Shown piece by piece: positions 1 through 5,534 of a DNA stretch of 6,572 bases. The DNA is taken from IMG/VR virus record IMGVR_UViG_2663762849_000010, positions 1-6,572 of that record. One strand, 5' to 3'. Position numbers and translations under genes: made by a program. A model generated the notes under the pieces. The model worked only from the letters and a program-made list of their open reading frames with translations. It ran no database searches and was not told the origin of the DNA. Position 1 is the first letter of the stretch. Every line of letters starts with the position of its first letter. This stretch comes from a virus (Duplodnaviria; Heunggongvirae; Uroviricota; Caudoviricetes).

Positions 1-1
1 A

Positions 2-277
2 CACATCCTGCGCCTCTAAAATTACGGGGCGCTTTTCCGGCAACGGTTCGTTCCCTTCACATAACCCGGCAGCAACATCCATGAAAAACTGCTTCGCCTG
101 CTTTTTCGCCTCAGCTTCGTAACACTCCAGCGTGGCATCTTCAGTACGGTCAAGACTAATCGCCACATCTGGCAACAACAGTGACGGATACCCACCAATT
201 TCCAGTGCCACAGTAACAGTAATCTTATTCGGGTAATTATTTATCCCTTTAACAACCAGTTCGTATTTTTTCTTCAT
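2..277 (-). CDS. Partial CDS (N-terminal 92 codons, continues past window start); uncharacterized lambdoid-prophage protein directly downstream of the holin, in the position YdfR occupies in prophage Qin; not an endolysin
   Basis: ATG at 277..275 lies 4 nt after the S stop codon, preceded by GGAGAG (SD). Frame is open to position 2. Translation MKKKYELVVKGINNYPNKITVTVALEIGGYPSLLLPDVAISLDRTEDATLECYEAEAKKQAKQFFMDVAAGLCEGNEPLPEKRPVILEAQDV is soluble-looking, with no SAR or lysozyme motifs. The YdfR/DUF1327 comparison is from memory of Qin gene order only. Confidence 0.6.
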   Translation of the reverse strand, partial: MKKKYELVVKGINNYPNKITVTVALEIGGYPSLLLPDVAISLDRTEDATLECYEAEAKKQAKQFFMDVAAGLCEGNEPLPEKRPVILEAQDV

Positions 278-281
278 CGCT

Positions 282-497
282 TTACTCTCCCCGCGCCGCC
301 TTACGACGGTCCTCTCTGATTTTGAAATACAGGTTAGTCAGATATGTCAGCAGCCCAAACAGCAGACTTCCCAGTACGCCTATTGCCGCCCACTGAGACG
401 GGGAAACCCTGTCCAGCAGCTGCAGGAACCAGTAGCCCGTCCCCACCGCTGACGTGGTGTATGACACACCTGTTGTGATTTTTTCCATCTGGTACAT
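282..497 (-). CDS. S: Class II holin / pinholin, S21-like (71 aa), with dual-start motif M-Y-Q-M
   Basis: ATG at 497..495 with GGAG 7 nt upstream; second in-frame Met at codon 4 (488..486) gives the 71/68-aa antiholin/holin pair typical of S21-type pinholins. Hydrophobic core and C-terminal [13 protein letters not shown] tail match the S21/EssQ family as recalled. Confidence 0.85.
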   Translation of the reverse strand: MYQMEKITTGVSYTTSAVGTGYWFLQLLDRVSPSQWAAIGVLGSLLFGLLTYLTNLYFKIREDRRKAARGE

Positions 498-572
498 ACC
501 CCGTCTCCCGCAATCCGGAAGCTCACAACAACAAGAGGGGCATCAGCTCACACCGACAGCCCCTGCGCATGG

Positions 573-842
573 TTACATCATCATTTCGCCGTCAGGCTGA
601 GGCTCACTGCTACCATCAGGCTGAGACCCGACGCCATCTGAAACAGCACTGTCATCCGCAATGCCTTCCGGCTCCGGAACAGTCGGTGCGCCCAGCAGTT
701 CATCCAGAATGGCATCCACTTCTGCATCAAGACGCTCCTCAAGGTTCTGCCGAAGTTGCTGTTTCAGTGCGCTTCTGACTTCTTCAGAGCGCAGGACTTC
801 CTTCACTGCTTCAGCAGTGACCAGCGATTTTATTTCTGACAT
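573..842 (-). CDS. Hypothetical acidic protein (89 aa), helical N-terminal half and Asp/Glu/Pro/Ser-rich C-terminal tail
   Basis: The track ORF 573..956 begins with TTG; the first ATG (842..840) gives MSEIKSLVTAEAVKEVLRSEEVRSALKQQLRQNLEERLDAEVDAILDELLG... Only a weak SD (GAGAAAA). Sits between nanS-p and S on the same strand. Confidence 0.45.
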   Translation of the reverse strand: MSEIKSLVTAEAVKEVLRSEEVRSALKQQLRQNLEERLDAEVDAILDELLGAPTVPEPEGIADDSAVSDGVGSQPDGSSEPQPDGEMMM

Positions 843-879
843 GGTATTTTCTCGTTGAAAGGTGTTGTTAAGAAAGTTG

Positions 880-1062
880 CTACGGAATGAGAGGCTCTTC
901 GGGTTTTGTTCCGGCTGACTGACTGGCACTGATTTTCTCAGCGGCCCTTTTGTCAATCTGTCTGCGCCAGAAATCTCTCACGACTCTGTACCCACCAGAA
1001 AGAAGATACAGCACACAAACTGCTGTACAGAAATACAACATAATCAGCTGTAAAAATGTCAT
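880..1062 (-). CDS. Small membrane protein (60 aa), one N-terminal transmembrane helix then a basic tail
   Basis: ATG at 1062..1060 with GGAG 7 nt upstream. MTFLQLIMLYFCTAVCVLYLLSGGY is hydrophobic, followed by RVVRDFWRRQIDKRAAEK. Same strand and operon context as the lysis genes. Confidence 0.55.
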   Translation of the reverse strand: MTFLQLIMLYFCTAVCVLYLLSGGYRVVRDFWRRQIDKRAAEKISASQSAGTKPEEPLIP

Positions 1063-1211
1063 TATTCATCTCCATTATTGACATGGTCAATGCCTGCCAG
1101 TAAAAAACTCCTGCATTTTTTGCTCAGCATATTTTTGCTAAGGATGTAGCGACTTCTGCCGCCGGTTCTGGCTCCTTGTTTTCCCTGCCACGGCGGTCTT
1201 TTTTTTCCTGC

Positions 1212-3155
1212 TTACGGGTTATTCACTTCCACTGTTATACTTTCAATCAGCACCGTATACGTCGCCGCTTTTGTGATATCCGTTACACGTAATTTGTCTG
1301 CCGCAAAAGAACCTACCGGAGACTGCGACAGCATGAACGGTGCACCATCCTGACCATCAATCACCGGCGTCACCTGAATGCTGTTATTACCGGCAAAACG
1401 GAAGCCCAGCGTATGCCATTCGTTGTCAAATGCGCCGAATGACCCCAGCTTCGTGTTCTGGTCAGCGTTACCCTTGTGGTACATCACGTTGAGGTCTGTG
1501 GCATCGCTCTGTACGTAAAACGACGCCAGCAGATTGTTACCGGCATTACCTTCCAGTGTGACACCCTGAGGCAATGAAGAAACCGGCCAGTACAGCGCCA
1601 GTGCGTACTGATTAGCCGTAAGCGCGCCATCGAGTTTAAAACGACAACTGACAAGACCACCTTTACCCAGCAGGTCCGCACCATTACCAGCATCATGCTC
1701 AAGGTACCAGGGGGCTCTTCCTGTTTCCTTGGTCAGTTTCATTGCCTTACCCCCGCTGGCTCCGGCATCATCCACGATTTGAGCCTTGCCACCTCCAGCA
1801 GCCCAACCCTGTGGTGTCAACCGTCCTTCAGACTCAGATGCCCGGTAAGCAAATAGCGTACTCATCGTCGTGGTGTCTGCGGGTGGCGTGGACGGTTTTG
1901 ATGGTGTATCAGGTGACGGCTTCTCATCCGGTGGTGTCACGGTCTGCCCGCGCATCAATTCAGCCGTGCGCCCTGCATGGAGCATAATAGCTGAGGCCAG
2001 ACGGTCTGAAATGACGCCCCTGCGTGCCCATGAGCTGAAATGGCTGTCACGCTGTGTCGAAACAAAACTGCCCTGGGTTCGGGATGCTGCACCGTAATAC
2101 CCGACAGCCACAATATCCGGGTCTTCCGCCGGAGCATTCGTTGGCGTGCTCTGTCCATTCTCATCCGTCAGGAACGGTACAAAGAAAATATTCTGTGCTT
2201 CCCTGCCCTTGTAACCGCCATATACCGCCTCATATTTATCGGCGTTAAGATTCTTCCAGTAATACGTGGTGTCACCACAAATCCACGGCACCGAGCCAGC
2301 ACTTCCGCCAACACACTGTGCAGAATATGCAGCCATATCAGCCCTGAACTGCTGCACCATAGTGGTAAACAGGCCGCTGTGCTGCTGACTGCCGTCCGCA
2401 AGATCATTTTCCCCCTGCATCCATACCACGGCCAGAAGCCTGTTTTTCGGGTTCTTCGACAGCGCCGCTTTTGTACGGAAGAGAAAATCCTGATACAGCG
2501 GTTTACCCACTCCCCAGCGGGCTGAATTTGCCGATGCGCCAGACGTTTCGCTGAACGTGCCGTCATTACCCACGGTTAAACCAGACCCGCCACGGCAACA
2601 GGGCACCAGAAGAATCCCGGCATTCTGCGGGATATAAGGCAGCAGTTTTTTGGCAATATGCAGCCCCTGACCGACAGTCCCGTACTGGCCCTTACTCAGG
2701 TCTGCATGAGGATGGTTAAGTGCGCTCATGTCCTGAACATCATGCAGACAGTGGTCTGCCGGAATAACGTCATTGTATGCACAGATATCACCACCCGGCG
2801 TCACAGTGCTGCGACGGGCCAGCTGCTTAATACGGGAGTCAGGGCGATCATAGGTCTCCGGCAGAGGAAGCCCCTCACCATAGGCCATACCGTTCGACTG
2901 CCCGGCCAGGGGAATAACGTAGTAATACTCCGGTTCAGTGGTAGCCACTCCCGGAGAGCCACCAGCCCCTGTGTCGGGCACAACCACAGGCGTGGTCACA
3001 TCACCCTCTGCGGCAATGGCCTGCATCAGTGTATAAGGCGTGATAGCCACAGGACTGCCAAACGGCTGCCAGCCTTCCTTCAGTTTTTGTGTCAGTCGCT
3101 CCGCAAGGTCTGACGGCGACGCCGCCCTGACCACGTCATAGTGTTTAAATGCCAT
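1212..3155 (-). CDS. nanS-p: Prophage 9-O-acetyl-N-acetylneuraminic acid (sialate) O-acetylesterase, NanS-p type: DUF1737-like N-terminal domain, SASA/SGNH esterase core, Pro/Thr/Ser-rich linker, C-terminal beta-rich domain (647 aa)
   Basis: The track ORF starts at a TTG (3185); the real start is taken as ATG 3155..3153, preceded by GGGGAGGAATA (strong SD), giving MAFKHYDVVRAASPSDLAERL... Contains the esterase nucleophile motif IPLAGQSNGMAYGEG, a linker PPDEKPSPDTPSKPSTPPADTTT, and stop TAA at 1214..1212. Architecture matches the large ORF found downstream of stx2 in Stx phages (L0105/Z1466 type) as recalled. Confidence 0.9.
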   Translation of the reverse strand: MAFKHYDVVRAASPSDLAERLTQKLKEGWQPFGSPVAITPYTLMQAIAAEGDVTTPVVVPDTGAGGSPGVATTEPEYYYVIPLAGQSNGMAYGEGLPLPETYDRPDSRIKQLARRSTVTPGGDICAYNDVIPADHCLHDVQDMSALNHPHADLSKGQYGTVGQGLHIAKKLLPYIPQNAGILLVPCCRGGSGLTVGNDGTFSETSGASANSARWGVGKPLYQDFLFRTKAALSKNPKNRLLAVVWMQGENDLADGSQQHSGLFTTMVQQFRADMAAYSAQCVGGSAGSVPWICGDTTYYWKNLNADKYEAVYGGYKGREAQNIFFVPFLTDENGQSTPTNAPAEDPDIVAVGYYGAASRTQGSFVSTQRDSHFSSWARRGVISDRLASAIMLHAGRTAELMRGQTVTPPDEKPSPDTPSKPSTPPADTTTMSTLFAYRASESEGRLTPQGWAAGGGKAQIVDDAGASGGKAMKLTKETGRAPWYLEHDAGNGADLLGKGGLVSCRFKLDGALTANQYALALYWPVSSLPQGVTLEGNAGNNLLASFYVQSDATDLNVMYHKGNADQNTKLGSFGAFDNEWHTLGFRFAGNNSIQVTPVIDGQDGAPFMLSQSPVGSFAADKLRVTDITKAATYTVLIESITVEVNNP

Positions 3156-3243
3156 TATTCCTCCCCTTTCCGGGATTTTCCTCAACAGTTGCGGGCCACG
3201 GTCCGGCTACACGGAGAATCAAAAGAGGAGAACCGCAGCCCGC

Positions 3244-3274
3244 AAAACGAAAAAGGCCGCGCAGTTGCGCAGCC
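3244..3274 (-). terminator. Intrinsic terminator-like hairpin on the minus strand, about 90 nt upstream of the nanS-p start
   Basis: Minus-strand RNA GGCUGCGC-AACU-GCGCGGCC (8-bp stem with one G.U pair) followed by UUUUUCGUUUU. The plus-strand version has a C-A mismatch and no U tract. Confidence 0.5.
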
Positions 3275-3338
3275 TTATCACAGATGGTAAAAATCAGAAC
3301 ACGATAATAAAAATACCTGATGTATATTCATGCGACCC

Positions 3339-3366
3339 GCCCGCCACTCACTGCGGGCTTTTTTTT
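3339..3366 (+). terminator. Strong intrinsic terminator on the plus strand
   Basis: GCCCGC-CACTCACT-GCGGGC followed by eight T (3359..3366). On the minus strand the hairpin follows an A-run and has no U tract, so it is plus-specific. No annotated plus-strand gene lies upstream. Confidence 0.55.
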
Positions 3367-3374
3367 GCCCATAG

Positions 3375-3401
3375 AAAAGCCCCTCCGGAGAGGGGCTTTT
3401 T
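3375..3401. terminator. Bidirectional terminator hairpin
   Basis: AAAA-GCCCCTC-CGGA-GAGGGGC-TTTTT: 7-bp GC stem flanked by an A4 and a T5 run, so a U tract follows the hairpin on either strand. Confidence 0.5.
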
Positions 3402-3641
3402 ACAGTGGTAGTGTAGACAATTTTGCATGGTGCCGGGTGCCTCCCGGTGAGTTCAGTATCAGCACCTGAACCCGCACAGAAAGGATAAGGGTCGGTGACA
3501 AAACACCAGTTGCTGATTGCCCCTCCGCTTAGGGGGATTCACCATGCCAGTTTCTTTTAACAAACTCCCCGCAAACCAGACAACAGTCAACCGCCTGAAT
3601 TGTGAGGTATTTAAAAATTTCAACGGGTAACTGATACCCTG

Positions 3642-3803
3642 CTAATCGCCTGATGCTTTCTTTTTCAGCAACGGGAAAGCAACAACCACCACACCCGCCA
3701 CCAGCACACCGTCAGCCAGCACTGACATTATCCGGCTGCTGAAGTCCACCATCACCACCATCACCACCAGAAACAGCAGGAGCGCAACCACAGCCAGACG
3801 CAT
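3642..3803 (-). CDS. Possible small hydrophobic peptide (53 aa, two predicted transmembrane segments) directly downstream of the TerB-like gene
   Basis: ATG at 3803..3801, 8 nt after the TerB-like stop; translation MRLAVVALLLFLVVMVVMVDFSSRIMSVLADGVLVAGVVVVAFPLLKKKASGD, stop TAG at 3644..3642. No good SD (possible coupling). Below the 60-aa cut-off of the supplied track. Contains rare codons CGG and ATA. Confidence 0.3.
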   Translation of the reverse strand: MRLAVVALLLFLVVMVVMVDFSSRIMSVLADGVLVAGVVVVAFPLLKKKASGD

Positions 3804-3811
3804 TTTTACCG

Positions 3812-4243
3812 TCACAGATGATTCTCCAGACGAAGGCCCAGAACACCGGCAATCTCTTCCAGCACCTTGCGCTCTTCCGGCTCTATTTCGCCGTCTGCTT
3901 CGGCAATGGCCACCGCCACATCCAGCACGTCTTCCGCTTCACGCGTATCGTGTTTCACATCCTCGATCTCACGTAACGCCGCTCGACGACCAATTTTAAA
4001 GTTCGTATCCAGCTGACCGATAATGGTTGCGCTAATCGCATTAATTTCTGACGTAAACGCGGACAACGCAGGCTGGTTACGCAAGACCTGCTCGATCTTC
4101 GCTTTCTCTGAAGCCTCACATTCACCATCTGCATAGGCCACCAGATAGGCAGCATTAATAACCGCCTGTGCCAGATCACGTTTCTCAAACTTTTTAATTT
4201 CCACTGCCGCTCGGCGGGCTTTTTTACCAAAAATACCAAACAT
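3812..4243 (-). CDS. TerB-like (tellurite-resistance TerB family) protein, 143 aa
   Basis: Start taken at ATG 4243..4241 with AAGGAA SD 7 nt upstream; the upstream ATG at 4315 has poorer context and would add 24 non-domain residues. Two repeats of the acidic TerB-type motif (AAYLVAYADGECEASEKAKIEQVL and VLDVAVAIAEADGEIEPEERKVLEEIAGVLGL) and an N-terminus MFGIFGKKARRAAVE resembling TerB N-termini, judged from memory of the family. Confidence 0.7.
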   Translation of the reverse strand: MFGIFGKKARRAAVEIKKFEKRDLAQAVINAAYLVAYADGECEASEKAKIEQVLRNQPALSAFTSEINAISATIIGQLDTNFKIGRRAALREIEDVKHDTREAEDVLDVAVAIAEADGEIEPEERKVLEEIAGVLGLRLENHL

Positions 4244-4375
4244 CGTGACGTTCCTTTGGGTGGGTGAGCCAACGCCCGGGAGCGATCTGCCCACAGAGAA
4301 AGTCACACTGACCATTCCGTAAGCTCACCCCCGAAAGGCTCTGTGGTTGATATGCGCCGGGCGTGGCGCGGATAC

Positions 4376-4402
4376 AAAAAAGGCCCGCAAAAGCGAGCCG
4401 GG
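4376..4402 (-). terminator. Intrinsic terminator immediately downstream of the tRNA cluster
   Basis: Minus-strand RNA GGCUCGC-UUUU-GCGGGCC (7-bp stem with one G.U) followed by UUUUUU; begins about 12 nt after the CCA end of the last tRNA. Confidence 0.65.
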
Positions 4403-4413
4403 AAAAATAAGTC

Positions 4414-4490
4414 TGGCGCGTTGTACTGGATTCGAACCAGTGACCGATTGCTTAGAAGGCAATTGCTCTGTCCGGCTGAGCTAACAACGC
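4414..4490 (-). tRNA. argO: tRNA-Arg (anticodon UCU, decodes AGA/AGG), 77 nt with encoded CCA
   Basis: Hand-folded cloverleaf: acceptor GCGUUGU/ACAACGC, D-arm GCUC/GAGC, anticodon stem AUUGC/GCAAU with loop CUUCUAA, T-loop UUCGAAU, 3' GCCA. Symbol assigned by synteny with the ileZ-argN-argO cluster of Stx phages, not verified. Confidence 0.88.
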
Positions 4491-4504
4491 AGAATGCCGA
4501 TAAA

Positions 4505-4581
4505 TGGACCGCCATCGAGGACTCGAACCCCGCGCAACCAGCTTCGAAGGCTGGCGCTCTTTCCTGATGAGCTAATGGCGG
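4505..4581 (-). tRNA. argN: tRNA-Arg (anticodon UCG, decodes CGA/CGG), 77 nt with encoded CCA
   Basis: Cloverleaf: acceptor CCGCCAU/AUGGCGG, D-arm GCUC/GAGC, anticodon stem CCAGC/GCUGG with loop CUUCGAA, T-arm CGGGG/CCUCG with loop UUCGAGU. Unusual C1 and U73 discriminator noted. Symbol by synteny only. Confidence 0.8.
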
Positions 4582-4588
4582 TATGTGA

Positions 4589-4664
4589 TGGTGGCCCTTG
4601 CTGGATTTGAACCAGCGACCTGGCGATTATGAGTCGCTCGCTCTCACCACTGAGCTAAAGGGCC
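4589..4664 (-). tRNA. ileZ: tRNA-Ile2-like (anticodon CAU, presumed lysidine-modified to read AUA), 76 nt with encoded CCA
   Basis: Cloverleaf: acceptor GGCCCUU/AAGGGCC, D-loop AGUGGUGA, anticodon loop CUCAUAA, T-loop UUCAAAU, discriminator A. Closely resembles E. coli tRNA-Ile2 (ileX) rather than initiator or elongator tRNA-Met, judged from memory of that sequence. Confidence 0.85.
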
Positions 4665-4670
4665 GGGCAT

Positions 4671-4702
4671 AGGATAATAACGGTACGTAACTAATTCTGC
4701 AA
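4671..4702 (-). promoter_or_regulatory. Candidate sigma-70 promoter for the tRNA cluster
   Basis: On the minus strand TTGCAG (-35), 17-nt spacer, TATTAT (-10), ending about 9 nt before the mature 5' end of tRNA-Ile. Hexamer match only. Confidence 0.4.
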
Positions 4703-4713
4703 TCTCATCCGTT

Positions 4714-5040
4714 TCAAACGATTAAATCCTGAACTTCCCTGACTGTCTGCTCAAAACGTCCGGTCTCCAGTTCAACGCCAATCGCACGACGCCCGAGCGC
4801 CAGTGCCGCTTTTACCGTTGAACCTGAGCCCATAAAAAAATCTGCAACCTGGTCTCCCGGACGACTGCTCGCGTTGATTATCTGCTGCAACATTTCTGCC
4901 GGTTTTTCGCACGGATGTTTCCCTGGATAGTACTGCACCGGTTTATACGTCCACACATCCGTGTACGGCACCTGCGCCGTCACGCCAAAATACCGCCGCA
5001 GTCGGCATTCACAACCACCAGCGCATTTAACGTTCAGGCA
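4714..5040 (-). pseudogene. 3' remnant of a beta-class N6-adenine/N4-cytosine DNA methyltransferase: C-terminal AdoMet-binding part only, N-terminal DPPY catalytic part absent
   Basis: Translation contains HPCEKP and DFFMGSGST(V)...GRRAIGVELE (FxGxG motif I). There is no in-frame ATG upstream of the internal Met just before the motif; the open frame runs back through the tR' terminator to the Q stop codon. Stop TGA at 4716..4714. Confidence 0.5.
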
Positions 5041-5067
5041 CAAAAAAACCCGCTCATCGGCGGGTTT
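5041..5067 (-). terminator. tR'-like intrinsic terminator downstream of Q
   Basis: Minus-strand RNA AAA-CCCGC-CGAUGA-GCGGG-UUUUUUU; on the plus strand the hairpin is followed by only TTTAAG, so it is minus-specific. Its 3' end lies about 85 nt after the Q stop. Confidence 0.65.
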
Positions 5068-5160
5068 AAGCTGTGTGGCGTAGTAACCACTCTTAACATA
5101 CTGACATACTTTTTGCGGACCGCGCTAATCATTTTTTACTTTTTTGGGCAGCCAGTCGTC
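5068..5160 (-). promoter_or_regulatory. Putative late promoter pR' / Q-utilization (qut) region overlapping the 3' end of Q
   Basis: Position only: the Q stop-to-terminator interval is too short to hold a promoter plus leader, so the promoter probably overlaps the Q 3' end. No convincing -35/-10 pair found (weak candidates ACGACT and AAAAAT/TATGTT). Confidence 0.3.
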
Positions 5161-5517
5161 CATCTCCAGCCTTACACCCAGCATCGACAGACATCCGTCA
5201 ATAAATCCTTCAGCAATCTGCATCTCAATTCGTATTGCCTTTTCGCTCTTCTTTCTTGTTCTGGCAATCTGCCTTTTTGATATGCGCAGCAGATAATGAG
5301 CTACCAGCAGCGAATACTCGTCCGGTTTTTTCTTCTTCAGGCGCGTAAGGCAGTTTTCGATGATAAGGCCGTCATCATCGCTGCAGGCCGGGCGAGGTTT
5401 AGCGGTGGATGGTAAAAGGCCTTTAAATCCAGCAGCTATCGGAGAATAGTCCACCCCGGCGTTACCACTTGCCGCCCATGCCCCCCAGCGTTCGAGAACC
5501 ATCTGAATATCACGCAT
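5125..5517 (-). CDS. Q: Late-gene antiterminator Q (phage 82 / Stx-phage type), 130 aa
   Basis: The track ORF begins at a TTG (5532); the first ATG (5517..5515) has GGAG 7 nt upstream and gives MRDIQMVLERWGAWAASGNAGVDYSPIAAGFKG... Stop TAG at 5127..5125. Basic C-terminal region; located just upstream of the tR'-like terminator and tRNA cluster, the canonical Q position. Confidence 0.85.
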   Translation of the reverse strand: MRDIQMVLERWGAWAASGNAGVDYSPIAAGFKGLLPSTAKPRPACSDDDGLIIENCLTRLKKKKPDEYSLLVAHYLLRISKRQIARTRKKSEKAIRIEMQIAEGFIDGCLSMLGVRLEMDDWLPKKVKND

Positions 5518-5534
5518 CAACTTTCTCCACAAAA

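Noticed and set aside
569-858. Plus-strand ORFs 569..778 and 661..858
   Set aside because: Antisense to the acidic-protein ORF and upstream leader; translations are low-complexity; no start context.
573-956. N-terminal extensions in the ORF track (573..956, 1212..3185, 5125..5532, 4714..5043, 3812..4315)
   Set aside because: Their first codons are TTG/GTG rendered as M, or an ATG with poor context. Internal ATGs with proper SD spacing give starts at 842, 3155, 5517 and 4243; the methyltransferase fragment has no credible start at all.
1063-1211. Hairpin-like and T-rich elements between the nanS-p stop and the small membrane ORF
   Set aside because: Stems are short or have very long loops, and U tracts are on the wrong side for the minus strand; no convincing terminator or promoter.
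1484-3113. Ten track ORFs inside the nanS-p locus: plus-strand 1742..1987, 1870..2097, 2040..2525, 2054..2248, 2658..3113 and minus-strand alternate-frame 1484..1702, 1955..2164, 2168..2566, 2801..2983
   Set aside because: All lie wholly within the 647-aa esterase gene, antisense or out of frame, with Arg/Cys/His-rich low-complexity translations typical of shadow ORFs in GC-rich coding sequence. No SD or domain-like features.
3544-3630. Plus-strand 28-codon ORF (MPVSFNKLPANQTTVNRLNCEVFKNFNG) with an AGGGGGA SD partly inside a CCCCT/AGGGG hairpin
   Set aside because: Too short and compositionally unremarkable to call from sequence alone. Recorded because an SD-sequestering hairpin is the kind of arrangement seen in small toxin mRNAs, but no partner RNA or other support was found.
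3955-4272. Minus-strand ORF 3955..4272 (105 aa)
   Set aside because: Alternate frame entirely inside the TerB-like gene; Arg/Leu-rich shadow frame.
3405-4413. Search for stxA/stxB or other AB5 toxin genes in the cargo slot
   Set aside because: No ORF of appropriate size with a signal peptide or toxin-like sequence on either strand; the slot is occupied by the TerB-like gene and a small peptide.
4303-4567. ORFs 4303..4515 (-) and 4343..4567 (+)
   Set aside because: They run across the tRNA-Arg genes and the tRNA terminator; the region is explained by structured RNA genes.
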